Assembly: GCF_044704955.1 (NCBI RefSeq)
Contig: NC_091986.1
Span: 3,410,001-3,474,000 of the forward strand
DNA from: Pristiophorus japonicus
Lineage: Eukaryota
Reading direction: 5' to 3'
DNA length: 64,000 bases
Within the stretch, counting starts at the first letter, position 1. Each line of letters begins with the position of its first letter. The notes below the pieces were generated by a model. That model was not told the DNA's origin. It saw nothing but the letters and a program-made list of their open reading frames with translations, and did no database searches. This document shows, piece by piece, positions 1-12,034 of this stretch. The translations under genes were made by a program, and so were the position numbers.

Positions 1-721
1 GGCTACAGACACGACAACGACACACCCAGCCCAATCGACCCGGCAAAGTTCTCCTCACCAACATCTGAGGACCCGTGCCAAATTTGGGAGAACTGTCCCA
101 CAGACTAGTCAAGCAACAGCCTGACATAGTCATACTCACAGAATTATACCTTTCAGCCAATGTCTCAGACTCCTCCATCACCATCCCTGGGTATGTCCTG
201 TCCCACCGGCAGGACAGACCCACCAGGGGTGGCATCACAATGGTATACAGTCGGGAGGGAATGGCCCTGGGAGTCCTCAACATTGACTCTGGACCCCATT
301 AAGTCTCATAGCTTCAGGTCAAGTATGGCCAAGGAAAGCTCCTGCTGATTACCACCTACCGCCCTCCCTCAGCTGATGAACCAGTATCCTCCATGTCGAA
401 CACCACTTGGAAGAAGCACTGAGGGTAGCAAGGGCACAGAATGTACTCTGGGTGGGGGACTTCAATGTCCATCACCAAGAGTGGTTCGGTAGCACCACTA
501 CTGACCGAGCTGGCCGAGTCCTGGAGGACATAGCTGCCAGACTGGGCCTGCGGCAGGTGGTGAGAGAACCAACACGAGGGAAAAAACATCTTGACTTCGT
601 CCTCACCAATCTACCTGTCACAGATGCATCTGTTCATGACAGCATTGGTAGCAGTGACCACCGCACAGTCATTGTGGAGACAAAATCCCATCTTCACACT
701 GAGGGCACCTTCCATCGTGTT

Positions 722-1271
722 AGAAACATAGAAACATAGAAACTAGGTGCAGGAGCAGGCCATTCAGCCCTTCTAGCCTGCACCGCCATTCAATGAGTTC
801 ATGGCTGAACATGAAACTTCAGTACCCCATTCCTGCTTTCTCGCCATACCCCTTGATCCCCCTAGTAGTAAGGACTTCATCTAACTCCCTTTTGAATATA
901 TTTAGTGAATTGGCCTCAACTACTTTCTGTGGTAGAGAATTCCACAGGTTCACCACTCTCTGGGTGAAGAAGTTTCTCCTCATCTCGGTCCTAAATGGCT
1001 TACCCCTTATCCTGAGACTGTGACCCCTGGTTCTGGACTTCCCCAACATTGGGAACATTCTTCCTGCATCTAATCTGTCTAAACCCGTCAGAATTTTAAA
1101 CGTTTCTATGAGGTCCCCTCTCATTCTTCTGAACTCCAGTGAATACAAGTCCAGTTGATCCAGTCTTTCTTGATAGGTCAGTCCCACCATCCCGGGAATC
1201 AGTCTGGTGAACCTTCGCTGCACTCCCTCAATAGCAAGAATGTCCTTCCTCAAGTTAGGAGACCAAAACTG
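722..1271 (-). mobile_element. 5'-truncated CR1 LINE (3' end)
   Basis: ORF 819-1253(-) carries the CR1 ORF2 C-terminus (RRMRGDLIETFKI, FFTQRVVNLWNSLP); (TTCTATGT)n tail at 722-742. Confidence 0.93.
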
Positions 1272-1423
1272 ACACTACCACCGTGCTAAATGGGATAGAT
1301 TCAGAACAGATCTAGCAGCTCAAAACTGAGCATCCATGAGGCGCTGTGGGCCATCAGCAGCAGCAGAATTGTATTCTACCACAATCTGTAACCTCATGGC
1401 GCGGCATATCCCTCACTCTACCA

Positions 1424-2284
1424 TAGGAACATCAGGAATAGGCCATACAGCCCCTCGAGCCTGCTCCGCCATTTAATACGATCGTGGTTGATCCGATCAT
1501 GGACTCAGCTCCACTTCCCTGCCCGCTCCCCATAACCCCTTATTGCCTTATCGATTAAGAAACTGTCTATTTCTGTCTTAAATTTATTCAATGTCCCAGC
1601 TTCCACAGCTTTCTGAGGCAGCGAATTGCACAGATTTACAACCCTCAGAGAAGAAATTCCTCCTCATCTCAGTTTTAAATGGACGGCCCCTTATTCTAAG
1701 ATCATGCCCTCTAGTTCTAGTCTCCCCCATCAGTGGAAACATCCTCTCTGCATCCACCTTGTCAAGCCCCCTCATAATTTTATACGTTTCGATAAGATCA
1801 CCTCTCATTCTTCTGTATTCCATTGAGTAGAGGCCAAACCTACTCAACCTTTCCTCATAAGTCAACCCCCTCATCTCCGGAATCAACCGAGTAAACCTTC
1901 TCTGAACTGTCTCCAAAGCAAGTACATCCTTTCGTAAATATGGAAACCAAAACTGCACGCAGTATTCCAGGTGTGGCCTCACCAATGCCTTATATGACTG
2001 TAGCAAGACTTCCCTGCTTTTAAACTCCATCCCCTTTGCAATCAAGGCCAAGATCTCATTGGCCTTCCTGATCACTTGCTGTACCTGCATATTAACCTTG
2101 TGTTTCATGCACAAGTACCCCCAGGTCCCGCTGTACTGCAGCACTTTGCAATCTTTCTCCATTTAAATAATAACTTGCTCTTTGATTTTTTTTCTGCCAA
2201 AGTGCATGACCTCACACTTTCCAACATTATGCTCCATCTGCCAAATTTTTGCCGACTTGCTTAACCTGTCTATGTCCTTTTGCA
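1424..2284 (-). mobile_element. 5'-truncated CR1 LINE
   Basis: ORF 1584-2162(-) [13 protein letters not shown]...RRMRGDLIETYKI; CR1 3' hairpin/tail near 1424-1480. Confidence 0.92.
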
Positions 2285-3237
2285 ATTTCGATCAAGCCAG
2301 GGGACCAGCCCTGGTTCAATGAGGAGTGCAGATGAACATGCCAGGAGCAGCACCAGGCGCACCGAAAAATGAGGTGCCAACCTGGGGAAGCTGCAACACA
2401 GGACTACATGCATGTTAAACAGCGGGAGCAGCATGCTATAGACAGGGCTAAGTGATCCCATAATCAATGGATCAGAGCAAAGCTCTTCAGTCCTGCCACA
2501 TCCAGTTGTGAATGGTGGTGGACCATTAAACAACTAACGGGAGGGGGAGGCTCCATGAATATCCCCATCCTCAATGATGGCGGAGCCCAGCACATGAGTG
2601 CAAAAGACAAGGCTGAAGTGTTTGCAACAATCTCCAGTTAGAAATGTCGAGTGGATGATGCATATCGCCCTCCTCCTGAGGTCCCCAACATCATACAAGC
2701 CAGTCTTCAGCCAATTCAATTCACTCCACATGATATCAAGAAACGGCTGAGCGCACTGGATACAACAAAGGCTATGGGCACCTACAATATCCCGGCTGTC
2801 GTGCTGAAGACTTGTGTTCCAGAACTAGCCGCGCCTCTAGCCAAGCTGTTCCAGTACAGCAACAACACCGGCATCTACCTAATAATGTGGAAAACTGCCC
2901 AGGTGTGTCCTATCCACAAAAGGCAGGACAAATCCAATCTGGCCAATTACCGCCCCATCAGTCTACTCTCAATCATCAGCAAAGTGATGGAAGCTGTCGT
3001 CGCCAGTGCTATCAAGCAGCATTTACTCACCGATGCCCAGTTTGGGTACTGCCAGGACCACTCGGCTCCAGACCTCATTACAGCCTTGGTCCAAACATGG
3101 ACAAAAGAGCTGAATTCCAGAGGTGAGGGAGAGTGACTGCCCTTGACATCAAGGCAACATTTGAACGAGTGTGGCATCAAGGAGCCCGAGTAAAACTGAA
3201 GTCAATGGGAATCGGGGGGAAAACTCTCCACTGGCTG

Positions 3238-3680
3238 AATATAAGAACATAAAAATTAGGAGCAGAAGGTGGTCATACGGCCCCTCGAGCCTGCTCCGCC
3301 ATTCAATACTATCATGGCTGATCTTCGACCTCAACACCACATTCCTAGCTGATCCCCATCTCCCTTGATTACCCCAGAGTCCTAAAATTTAGCGATCTCA
3401 ATCTTGAATATACTCAACAACTCAGCATCCGCAGCCCTTTGGGGTAGCTGCCTAATTATATCATCATTTTCTAAGTGCCCCATTGCCACTTCCCCAATAA
3501 TGGATTCCAGTATTTTCCCGACGACTGATGTCAGGCTAACTGGCCTGTAGTTCCCTGTTTTCTGTCTCCCTCCCTTCTTGAATAGCGGGGTTACATTTGC
3601 TACCTTCGAATCTGCAAGGACCGTTCGAGAATCAAGGGACCTTTGGAAGACCACAGCCAATGGATCCACTACATCTGCAG
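3238..3680 (-). mobile_element. CR1 fragment: 3' end joined to an internal RT piece (internally deleted)
   Basis: CR1 3' UTR/tail at 3238-3447, then ANVTPLFKKGG..GNYRPVSLTSVVGK at 3450-3680. Confidence 0.85.
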
Positions 3681-3956
3681 CTGGAGTCAGACCGAGTACA
3701 GCCAAAGATGGTTGTGATACAAGAACATAAGACATAGGAGCAGGAGTCGGCCATATGGCCCCTCGGGCCTGCTCCGCCATTCAATAAGATCATGGCTGAT
3801 CTGATCATGGGCTCAGCTCCACTTCCCCACCCGCTCCCCATAACCCTTGACTCCCTTATCACTCAAAAATCTGTCTATCTCCGCCTTAAATATATTCAAT
3901 GAGCCAGCCTCCACAGCACTCTAGGGCAGAGAATTCCACAGATTTACAACCCTCAG

Positions 3957-4629
3957 AGAAACATAGAAACATAGAAAAAACGTGCAGGAGTAGGCCATTC
4001 GGCCCTTCTAGCCTGCACCACCATTCAATGAGTTCATGGCTGAACATGCAACTTCAGTACCCCATTCCTGCTTTCTCACCATACCCCTTGATTCCCCTAG
4101 TAGTAAGGACTTCATCTAACTCCTTTTTGAATATATTTAGTGAATTGGCCTCAACAACTTTCTGTGGTAGAGAATTCCACCGGTTCACCACTCTCTGGGT
4201 GAAGAAATTCCTCCTCATCTCGGTCCTAAATGGCTTCCCCCTTATCCTTAGACTGTGTCCCCTGGTTCTGGACTTCCCCAACATTGGGAACATTCTTCCT
4301 GCATCTAACCTGTCTAACCCCGTCAGAATTTTAAACGTTTCTATGAGGTCCCCTCTCATTCTTCTGAACTCCAGTGAATACAAGCCCAGTTGATCCAGTC
4401 TTTCTTGATAGGTCAGTCCCGCCATCCCGGGAATCAGTCTGGTGAACCTTCGCTGCACTCCCTCAATAGCAAGAATGTCCTTCCTCAGGTTAGGAGACCA
4501 AAACTGTACACAATACTCCAGGTGTGGCCTCACCAAGGCCCTGTACAATTGTAGCAACACCTCCCTGCCCTTGTACTCAAATCCCCTCGCTATGAAGGCC
4601 AACATGCCATTTGCTTTCTTAACCGCCTG
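3957..4629 (-). mobile_element. Young 5'-truncated CR1 nested in the previous CR1
   Basis: Open 183 aa ORF2 C-terminus 4054-4605(-); (TTCTATGT)n tail. Confidence 0.93.
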
Positions 4630-4802
4630 TTAAGAATGTCTCCTCATCTCAGTTTTAAAAGGGCGGCCCTTATTCTGAAACCATGTCCCCGAGTTCTAGA
4701 ATTCCCGTGTGGAAACATTCTCTCTGCATCTACCTTGTCGAGCCCCCTCATTATTTTATATGTTTCGATAAGATCACTTCACATTCTTCTGAACTCCAAT
4801 GT

Positions 4803-5003
4803 GTTCGTGGTCGCTGAGGCGTGAGTCCGGGGATCAGCAGAGGCCTATAAAAGGCCGCGAGAGGCAGCGGGAGTTCGTGGTCGCTGAGGCGTGAGTCCGG
4901 GGATCAGCAGAGGCCTATAAAAGGCCCAGCGGCAATGAGAGGCAGCGGGAGTTCGTGGTCGCTGAGGCGTGAGTCCAGGGTCGGCGAGAGGCCTATAAAA
5001 GGC
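4803..5003 (+). repeat. Three tandem 70-78 bp monomers in the CR1 5' UTR, each with TATAAAAG
   Basis: GTTCGTGGTCGCTGAGGCGTGAGTCC...GGCCTATAAAAGGC starts at 4803, 4873 and 4951; TATA at 4846, 4916 and 4994. Confidence 0.9.
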
Positions 5004-5058
5004 GTACCTGTGCAGCTACAGGGAGAAGGCAAAAAAGAAGTAGAAAGAAACAGAAAGG

Positions 5059-5100
5059 TGACGTCACAGCCAAGGGGGTAAGTGATTGGCTGGTGATTGG
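5059..5100 (+). promoter_or_regulatory. Candidate internal promoter motifs of the CR1: CRE palindrome and two reverse CCAAT boxes
   Basis: TGACGTCA at 5059-5066; ATTGG at 5085-5089 and 5096-5100. Function is inferred. Confidence 0.45.
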
Positions 5101-5180
5101 TGAGTAGCTTTTCTTTTTTCTTTTTTATATTAGTCAGTAACTTTTAACAGTGTTGTTGCCAATTTAAGTGTATCTAAGTC

Positions 5181-6128
5181 ATGGCGGGAGAGCTCGGTCG
5201 GGTGTTATGCTCCTCCTGTACCATGTGGGAACTCAGAGACACTTCCGGTGTCCCTGACGACGACGTGTGCGGGAAGTGTATCCGCCTCCAGCTCCTGACG
5301 GTCCGCGTTGCGGAATTGGAGCTGAGGGTGGATTCACTCTGGAGCATCCACGATGCTGAGAATGACGTGAGTAGCACGTGTAGCGAGTTGGTCTTACCGC
5401 AGGAGAAGGGTCCACAGCCAGCGAGGGAATGGAAGACCAGCAGGAAGAGTAGTGCAAGGAAGGTAGTGCAGGGGTCCCCTGTGGTCATCCCCCTGCAAAA
5501 CAGATATACTGCTTTGAGTGCTGTTGGGGGGGATGACTCATCAGGGGAGGGCAGCAGCAGCCAAGTTCATGGCACCGTGGCTGGCTCTGTTGCACAGGAG
5601 GGCAGGAAAAAGAGTGGGAGAGCGATAGTGATAGGGGATTCAATGGTGAGGGGAGTAGATAGGCGTTTCTGCGGCCGCAACCGAGACTCCAGGATGGTAT
5701 GTTGCCTCCCTGGTGCAAGGGTCAAGGATGTCTCGGAGCGGGTGCAGGACATTCTAAAAAGGGAGGGAGAATAACCAGTTGTCATGGTGCACATTGGTAC
5801 CAACGACATAGGTAAAAAAAGGGATGAGGTCCTACGAAACGAATTTAAGGAGCTAGGAGCTAAATTAAAAAGTAGGACCTCAAAAGTAGTAATCTCAGGA
5901 TTGCTACCAGTGCCACGTGCTAGTCAAAGTAGGAATCTCAGGATAGCGCAGATGAATACGTGGCTTGAGCAGTGGTGCAGCAGGGAGGGATTCAAATTCC
6001 TGGGGCATTGGAACAGGTTCTGGGGGAGGTGGGACCAGTACAAACCAGATGGTCTGCACCTGGGCAGGACCGGAACCAATGTCTTAGAGGGAGTGTTTGC
6101 TAGTGCTGTTGGGGAGGAGTTAAACTAA
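5181..6128 (+). pseudogene. CR1 ORF1 (CxxC zinc finger, coiled coil, SGNH esterase-like domain) with one in-frame stop
   Basis: CSSC...CGKC; LELRVDSL heptads; IGDSMVR, HIGTND, DGLHL motifs; TAA at 5772-5774. Confidence 0.9.
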
Positions 6129-6205
6129 TATGGCAGGGGGATGGGAACCAATGCAGGGAGACAGAGGGAAACAAAAAGGAGGCAAAAGCAAAAGACAGAA
6201 AGGAG

Positions 6206-9093
6206 ATGAGGAAAAATGGAGGGCAGAGAAACCCAAGGCAAAGAACAAAAAGGGCCACTGTACAGCAAAATTCTAAAAGGACAAATAGTGTTAAAAAAAC
6301 AAGCCTGAAGGCTTTGTGTCTTAATGCAAGGAGTATCCGCAATAAGGTGGATGAATTAACTGTGCAAATAGATGTTAACAAATATGATGTGATTGGGATT
6401 ACGGAGACGTGGCTCCAGGATGATCAGGGCTGGGAACTCAACATCCAGGGGTATTCAACATTCAGGAAGGATAGAATAAAAGGAAAAGGAGGTGGGGTAG
6501 CATTGCTGGTTAAAGAGGAGATTAATGCAATAGTTAGGAAAGACATTAGCTTGGATGATGTGGAATCTATATGGGTAGAGCTGCAGAACACCAAAGGGCA
6601 AAAAACATTAGTGGGAATTGTGTACAGACCTCCAAACAGTAGTAGTGATGTTGGGGAGGGCATCAAACAGGAAATTAGGGGTGCATGCAATAAAGGTGCA
6701 GCAGTTATAATGGGTGACTTTAATATGCACATAGATTGGGCTAGCCAAACTGGAAGCAATACGGTGGAGGAGGATTTCCTGGAGTGCATAAGGGATGGTT
6801 TTCTCGACCAATATGTCGAGGAACCAACTAGGGGGGAGGCCATCTTAGACTGGGTGTTGTGTAATGAGAGAGGATTAATTAGCAATCTCATTGTGCGAGG
6901 CCCCTTGGGGAAGAGTGACCATAATATGGTGGAATTCTGCATTAGGATGGAGAATGAAACAGTTAATTCAGAGACCATGGTCCAGAACTTAAAGAAGGGT
7001 AACTTTGAAGGTATGAGGCGTGAATTGGCTAGGATAGATTGGCGAATGATACTTAAGGGGTTGACTGTGGATGGGCAATGGCAGACATTTAGAGACCGCA
7101 TGGATGAACTACAACAATTGTACATTCCTGTCTGGCGTAAAAATAAAAAAGGGAAGGTGGCTCAACCGTGGCTATCAAGGGAAATCAGGGATAGTATTAA
7201 AGCCAAGGAAGTGACATACAAATTGGCCAGAAATAGCAGCGAACCCGGGGGCTGGGAGAAATTTAGAACTCAGCAGAGGAGGACAAAGGGTTTGATTAGG
7301 GCAGGGAAAATGGAGTACGAGAAGAAGCTTGCAGGGAACATTAAGGCGGATTGCAAAAGTTTCTATAGATATGTAAAGAGAAAAAGGTTGTTAAAGACAA
7401 ACGTAGGTTCCCTGCAGTCAGAATCAGGGGAAGTCATAACGGGGAACAAAGAAATGGCAGACCAATTGAACAAGTACTTTGGTTCCGTATTCACCAAGGA
7501 GGACACAAACAACCTTCCGGATATAAAAGGGGTCAGAGGGTCTAGTAAGGAGGAGGAACTGAGGGAAATCTTTATTAGTCGGGAAATTGTGTTGGGGAAA
7601 TTGATGGGATTGAAGGCCGATAAATCCCAGGGCCTGATGGACTGCATCCCAGAGTACTTAAGGAGGTGGCCTTGGAAATAGCGGATGCATTGACAGTCAT
7701 TTTCCAACATTCCATTCACTCTGGATCAGTTCCTATCGAGTGGAGGGTAGCCAATGTAACCCCAATTTTTAAAAAAGGAGGGGAATTATAGACCGGTCAG
7801 CCTGACCTCAGTAGTGGGTAAAATGATGGAATCAATTATTAAGGATGTCATAGCAGCGCATTTGGAAAGAGGTGACATGATAGGTCCAAGTCAGCATGGA
7901 TTTGTGAAAGGGAAATCATGCTTGACAAATCTTCTGGAATTTTTTGTGGATGTTTCCAGTAAAGTGGACAAGGGAGAACCAGTGGTATATTTGGACTTTC
8001 AGAAGGCTTTCGACAAGGTCCCACACAAGAGATTAATGTGCAAAGTTAAAGCACATGGGATTGGGGGTAGTGTGCTGACGTGGATTGAGAACTGGTTGTC
8101 AGACAGGAAGCAAAGAGTAGGAGTAAATGGGTACTTTTCAGAATGGCAGGCAGTGACTAGTGGGGTACCGCAAGGTTCTGTGCTGGGGCCCCAGCTGTTT
8201 ACATTGTACATTAATGATTTAGACGAGGGGATTAAATGTAGTATCTCCAAATTTGCGGATGACACTAAGTTGGGTGGCAGTGTGAGCTGCGAGGAGGATG
8301 CTATGAGGCTGCAGATTGACTTGGATAGGTTAGGTGAGTGGGAAAATGCATGGCAGATGAAGTATAATGTGGATAAATGTGAGGTTATCCACTTTGGTGG
8401 TAAAAACAGAGAGACAGACTATTATCTGAATGGTGACAGATTAGGAAAAGGGGAGGTGCAATGAGACCTGGGTGTCATGGTACATCAGTCATTGAAGGTT
8501 GGCATGCAGGTACAGCAGGCGGTTAAGAAAGCAAATGGCATGTTGGCTTTCATAGCGAGGGGATTTGAGTACAGGGGCAGGGAGGTGTTGCTACAGAGTT
8601 GTACAGGGCCTTGGTGAGGCCACACCTGGAGTATTATATACAGTTTTGGTCTCCTAACTTGAGGAAGGACATTCTTGCTATTGAGGGAGTGCAGCGAAGA
8701 TTCACCAGACTGATTCCCAGGATGGTGGGACTGACCTATCAAGAAAGACTGGATCAACTGGGCTGGTATTCACTGGAGTTCAGAAGAATGAGAGGGGACC
8801 TCATAGAAACGTTTAAAATTCTGACGGGTTTAGACAGGTTAGATGCAGGAAGAATGTTCCCAATGTTGGGGAAGTCCAGAACCAGGGGTCACAGTCTAAG
8901 GATAAGGGGTAAGCCATTTAGGACCGAGATGAGGAGAAACTTCTTCACCCAGAGAGTGGTGAACCTGTGGAATTCTCTACCACAGAAAGTAGTTGAGGCC
9001 AATTCACTAAATATATTCAAAAGGGAGTTAGATGAAGTCCTTACTACTCGGGGGATCAAGAGGTATGGCGAGAAAGCAGGAATGGGGTACTGA
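6206..9093 (+). pseudogene. CR1 ORF2 (APE endonuclease + reverse transcriptase), disrupted
   Basis: LNARSIRNK, GITETWL, MGDFN, SDH; [29 protein letters not shown]. Disruptions near 7625, 7785 and 8597, plus TGA at 8462. Confidence 0.93.
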
Positions 9094-12034
9094 AGTTGCA
9101 TGTTCAGCCATGAACTCATTGAATGGCGGTGCAGGCTAGAAGGGCTGAATGGCCTACTCCTGCACCTATTTTCTATGTTTCTATGTCTATAGGACCAACC
9201 TATCTTCATAAGTCAATCTCCTCATCTCCGGAATCAACCTAGTGAATCTTCTCTGAACAGCTTCCAGTGCAAGTATATACTTCCTTAAATAAGGAGACCA
9301 AAAGTGCACGCAGGTGTGGCCTCACCAACACCCTGTACAGTTGAAGCAGGACTTCTCTGCTTTTATACTCTATCCCCCTTACAATAAAGGCCAACATTCC
9401 ATTGCCTTCCTGATTACTTGCTGTACCTTCATAATAACCTTTTGTGTTTCATGCACAAGGACCCTCAGATCCTTCTGTACTACAGTAATTTGTAATTTTT
9501 CTCCATTTAAATTAAAATTTGCTTTTTTATTTTTTCTGCCGAAGTGGATAACCTCACATTTTCCTACATTATACTCGATCTGCCAAATTTCTGCCCATTC
9601 ACTTAGCCTGTTTATATCCCTTTGCAGGTGTCCTCCTCATAACTTGCTTTCCTTCCATCTTTGTATCAGCAGCAAACTTGGCTGCATTGCACTCGGTCCC
9701 TTCATCCAAATCATTAATGTAGATTGTAAATAGTTGAGGCTCCAGCACTGATCCCTGCGGCACCCCACTAGTTACTGTTTGCCAACCGGAAAATAACCCA
9801 TTTATCTCGACTCTCTGTTTTCTGTTAGTTAACCAAACCTATATCCATGCTAATACATTACCCCCAACCCAGTGAACTTTTATCTTGTGCAGTAACCTTT
9901 TCTGTGGCACCTTATTGAATGCCTTCTGGAAGTCCAAATATACCACATCCACTAGTTCTCCTTTATCCACCTGTTCGTTACATCCTCAAAGAACTCCAGC
10001 AAATTTGTCAAACATGATTTCCCTTTCATAAAACCATGCTGACTCTGCTTGACTGAATCATGCTTTTCCAAATGTCCTGCTACTACTTCCTTAATAATGG
10101 ACTCCAACATTTTCCCAATGATAGATGTTAGGCTAACTGGTCTATAGTTTCCTGTTTTCTGTTTGCCTGCTTTATAAAAAAATAGGGGCATGACATTTGC
10201 AGTTTTCCAAACCGCTGGGACCTCCCCAAAATCTAGGGAATTTTAGTCGATTACAACCAATACATCCACTATCTCTGCAGCCACTTCTTTTAAGACCCTA
10301 GGATGTAAGGATCAGGTCCAGGGGACTTGTCCACCTTTAGTCCCATTATTTTACCGAGTACTAGTTCTTTAGTGATAGTGATTGTTTTAAGTTCCTCCCT
10401 CCCTATAGCTCCTTGATTATCCATTATTGGGATGTTTTTAGTGTCTTCTACTGTGAAAACCGACACTAAATATTTGTTCAAAGTCTCTGCCATTTCCCTG
10501 TTCCCCATTAGTCAATCATCTCAGCCCCAGGACATCGCTGCAGGAGTTCCTCAGGGCAGTGTCCTTGGCCCAACCATCTTCAGCTGCTTCATCAATGACC
10601 TTCCCTCCATCATGTCAGAAGTGGGGATGTTCGCTGATGATTGCACAGTGCTCAGTTCCATTCGCAACTCCTCAGATAATGGAGCAGTCCATGCCCACAT
10701 GCAGCAAGACCTGGACAACATTCAGACTTGGGCTGATAAGTGGCAAGTGATATTCGCGCCATTCAAGTGGCAGGTAATGACTATCTCCAACAAGGAAGAG
10801 TATAACCACTGTCCCTTGAAAGTCAATGGCCTTACCATCGCCAAACCACACCACCCCCCCTCCCCCACTAGCAACATCCTGGGGGTCCCTATTGACTAGA
10901 AACTTAACTGGACCAGCCATATAAATATGCTGTGGCTACAAGAGCGGGTCAGAGGTTGGGTATTCTGCGGCGAGTGTCTCACCTCCTGACTCCCCAAAGC
11001 CTTTCCACCATCTACAAGGTACAAGTCAGGAGTGTGATGGAATACTCTCCACTTGACTGGATGAGTGCAGCTCCAACAACACTCAAGAAGCTCGACACCA
11101 TCCAGGACAAAGCAGCCCGCTTGATTGGCACCTCATCCACCACCTTAAACATTCACTCCCTCCACCACCAGTGCACCGTGGCTGCAGTGTGTACCATCTA
11201 CAAGATGCACTGCAGCAACTCACCAAGGCTTCTTCGCCAGCACCTCCCAAACCCACGACCTCTACCACCTCGAAGGGCAAGGACAGCAGGCACATGGGAA
11301 TATCACCACCTCCAGGTTCCCCTCCAAGTCACACACCATTCCTTCATCGTCGCTGGGTCACAATCCTGGAACTCTCTCCCTAACAGCACTGTGGGAGCAC
11401 CTTCACCACACGGACTGCAGTGGTTCAAGAAGGCGGCTCACCACCACCTTCTCAAGGGGCAATTAGGGATGGGCAATAAATGCCAGCCTGGCCAGCGATG
11501 CCCACATCCCATGAATGAATTTTTTAAAATAGGGCTGTATTTGAACACAGTACCCAACAAAGTGAGAAGATGCTGGCTTTAGAAAAGGCCACAATAAATT
11601 GAAAACTGAATTTGGATTCTATTTTTTATTTTTGGTAAGAAACATCTTTGAAGGAAGGTGCCTCCCTGCTTTATTGTTGACATGGTGATTTTCAGCAGCA
11701 AAGCAATTTAGGAGACGTGATATAACTAAGCCCATGCATATGCAACAAATCTAAATGCTAACATCTAAGTGGCTGAAATATGAAGAATAATTAAGCTATA
11801 ATGAACGCATGCAATGAAATTTGTGCCCTAGTTAGCAAAATTGGGATTAGACCAGAAAATTAATAAACTCGCCACTGATCTTCTGTTTGATATCTAACCT
11901 ATCTTCTGTATACTGGCAGCATAAGCATGTCTGTTTTCTAATTATCACACTGTTGCACTGCTTTTCATGTCCATTTGCTTTGATCACACTGTGGAGCTTC
12001 AAGCAAAGATGTAGACAAAGCCTGGATATACGGA

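Larger units (their letters stand above)
4801..9187 (+). mobile_element. Essentially full-length CR1 LINE (5' UTR, ORF1, ORF2, 3' tail) with a few inactivating mutations
   Basis: 5' monomers 4803-5003; ORF1 from ATG 5181; ORF2 APE+RT 6206-9093; 3' hairpin and TTCTATGTTTCTATGT tail at ~9171-9186. Confidence 0.95.
3718..10509 (-). mobile_element. 5'-truncated CR1 LINE interrupted twice; own pieces 3718-3958, 4630-4800, 9188-10509
   Basis: Tail at 3718. The sequence resumes colinearly after each insert (CCCTCAGAGA|AGAATGTCTCCTCATC; GAACTCCAAT|TAGGACCAACC). RT motifs GNYRPVSLTS and QHGFMKGKSCLTNL at 9952-10508. Confidence 0.85.
1..11529 (+). mobile_element. Old CR1/L2-group LINE ('family B') split by nested insertions; own pieces ~1-721, 1272-1423, 2285-3237, 3681-3717, 10510-11529
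   Basis: APE motifs (PDIVILTE, RQDR..RGG, VGDFNVHH, PTRGKKHLDFVLTN, SSDH) at 75-721. RT entry (NYRPISLLSIISKVME, QFGY) at 2651-3180. RT core ([21 protein letters not shown]) at 10510-10900. 3' end AATAAA...CCCATGAATGAA near 11475-11520. The pieces are colinear once the inserts are removed. Many frameshifts. Confidence 0.85.

Noticed and set aside
6424-7125. Long antisense ORFs over CR1 (also 26438-26869, 27217-27891, 30826-31230)
   Set aside because: Antisense shadows of CR1 ORF2 that recur in every copy; no independent motifs
4801-9187. Currently active autonomous CR1
   Set aside because: In-frame stop in ORF1 and several disruptions in ORF2
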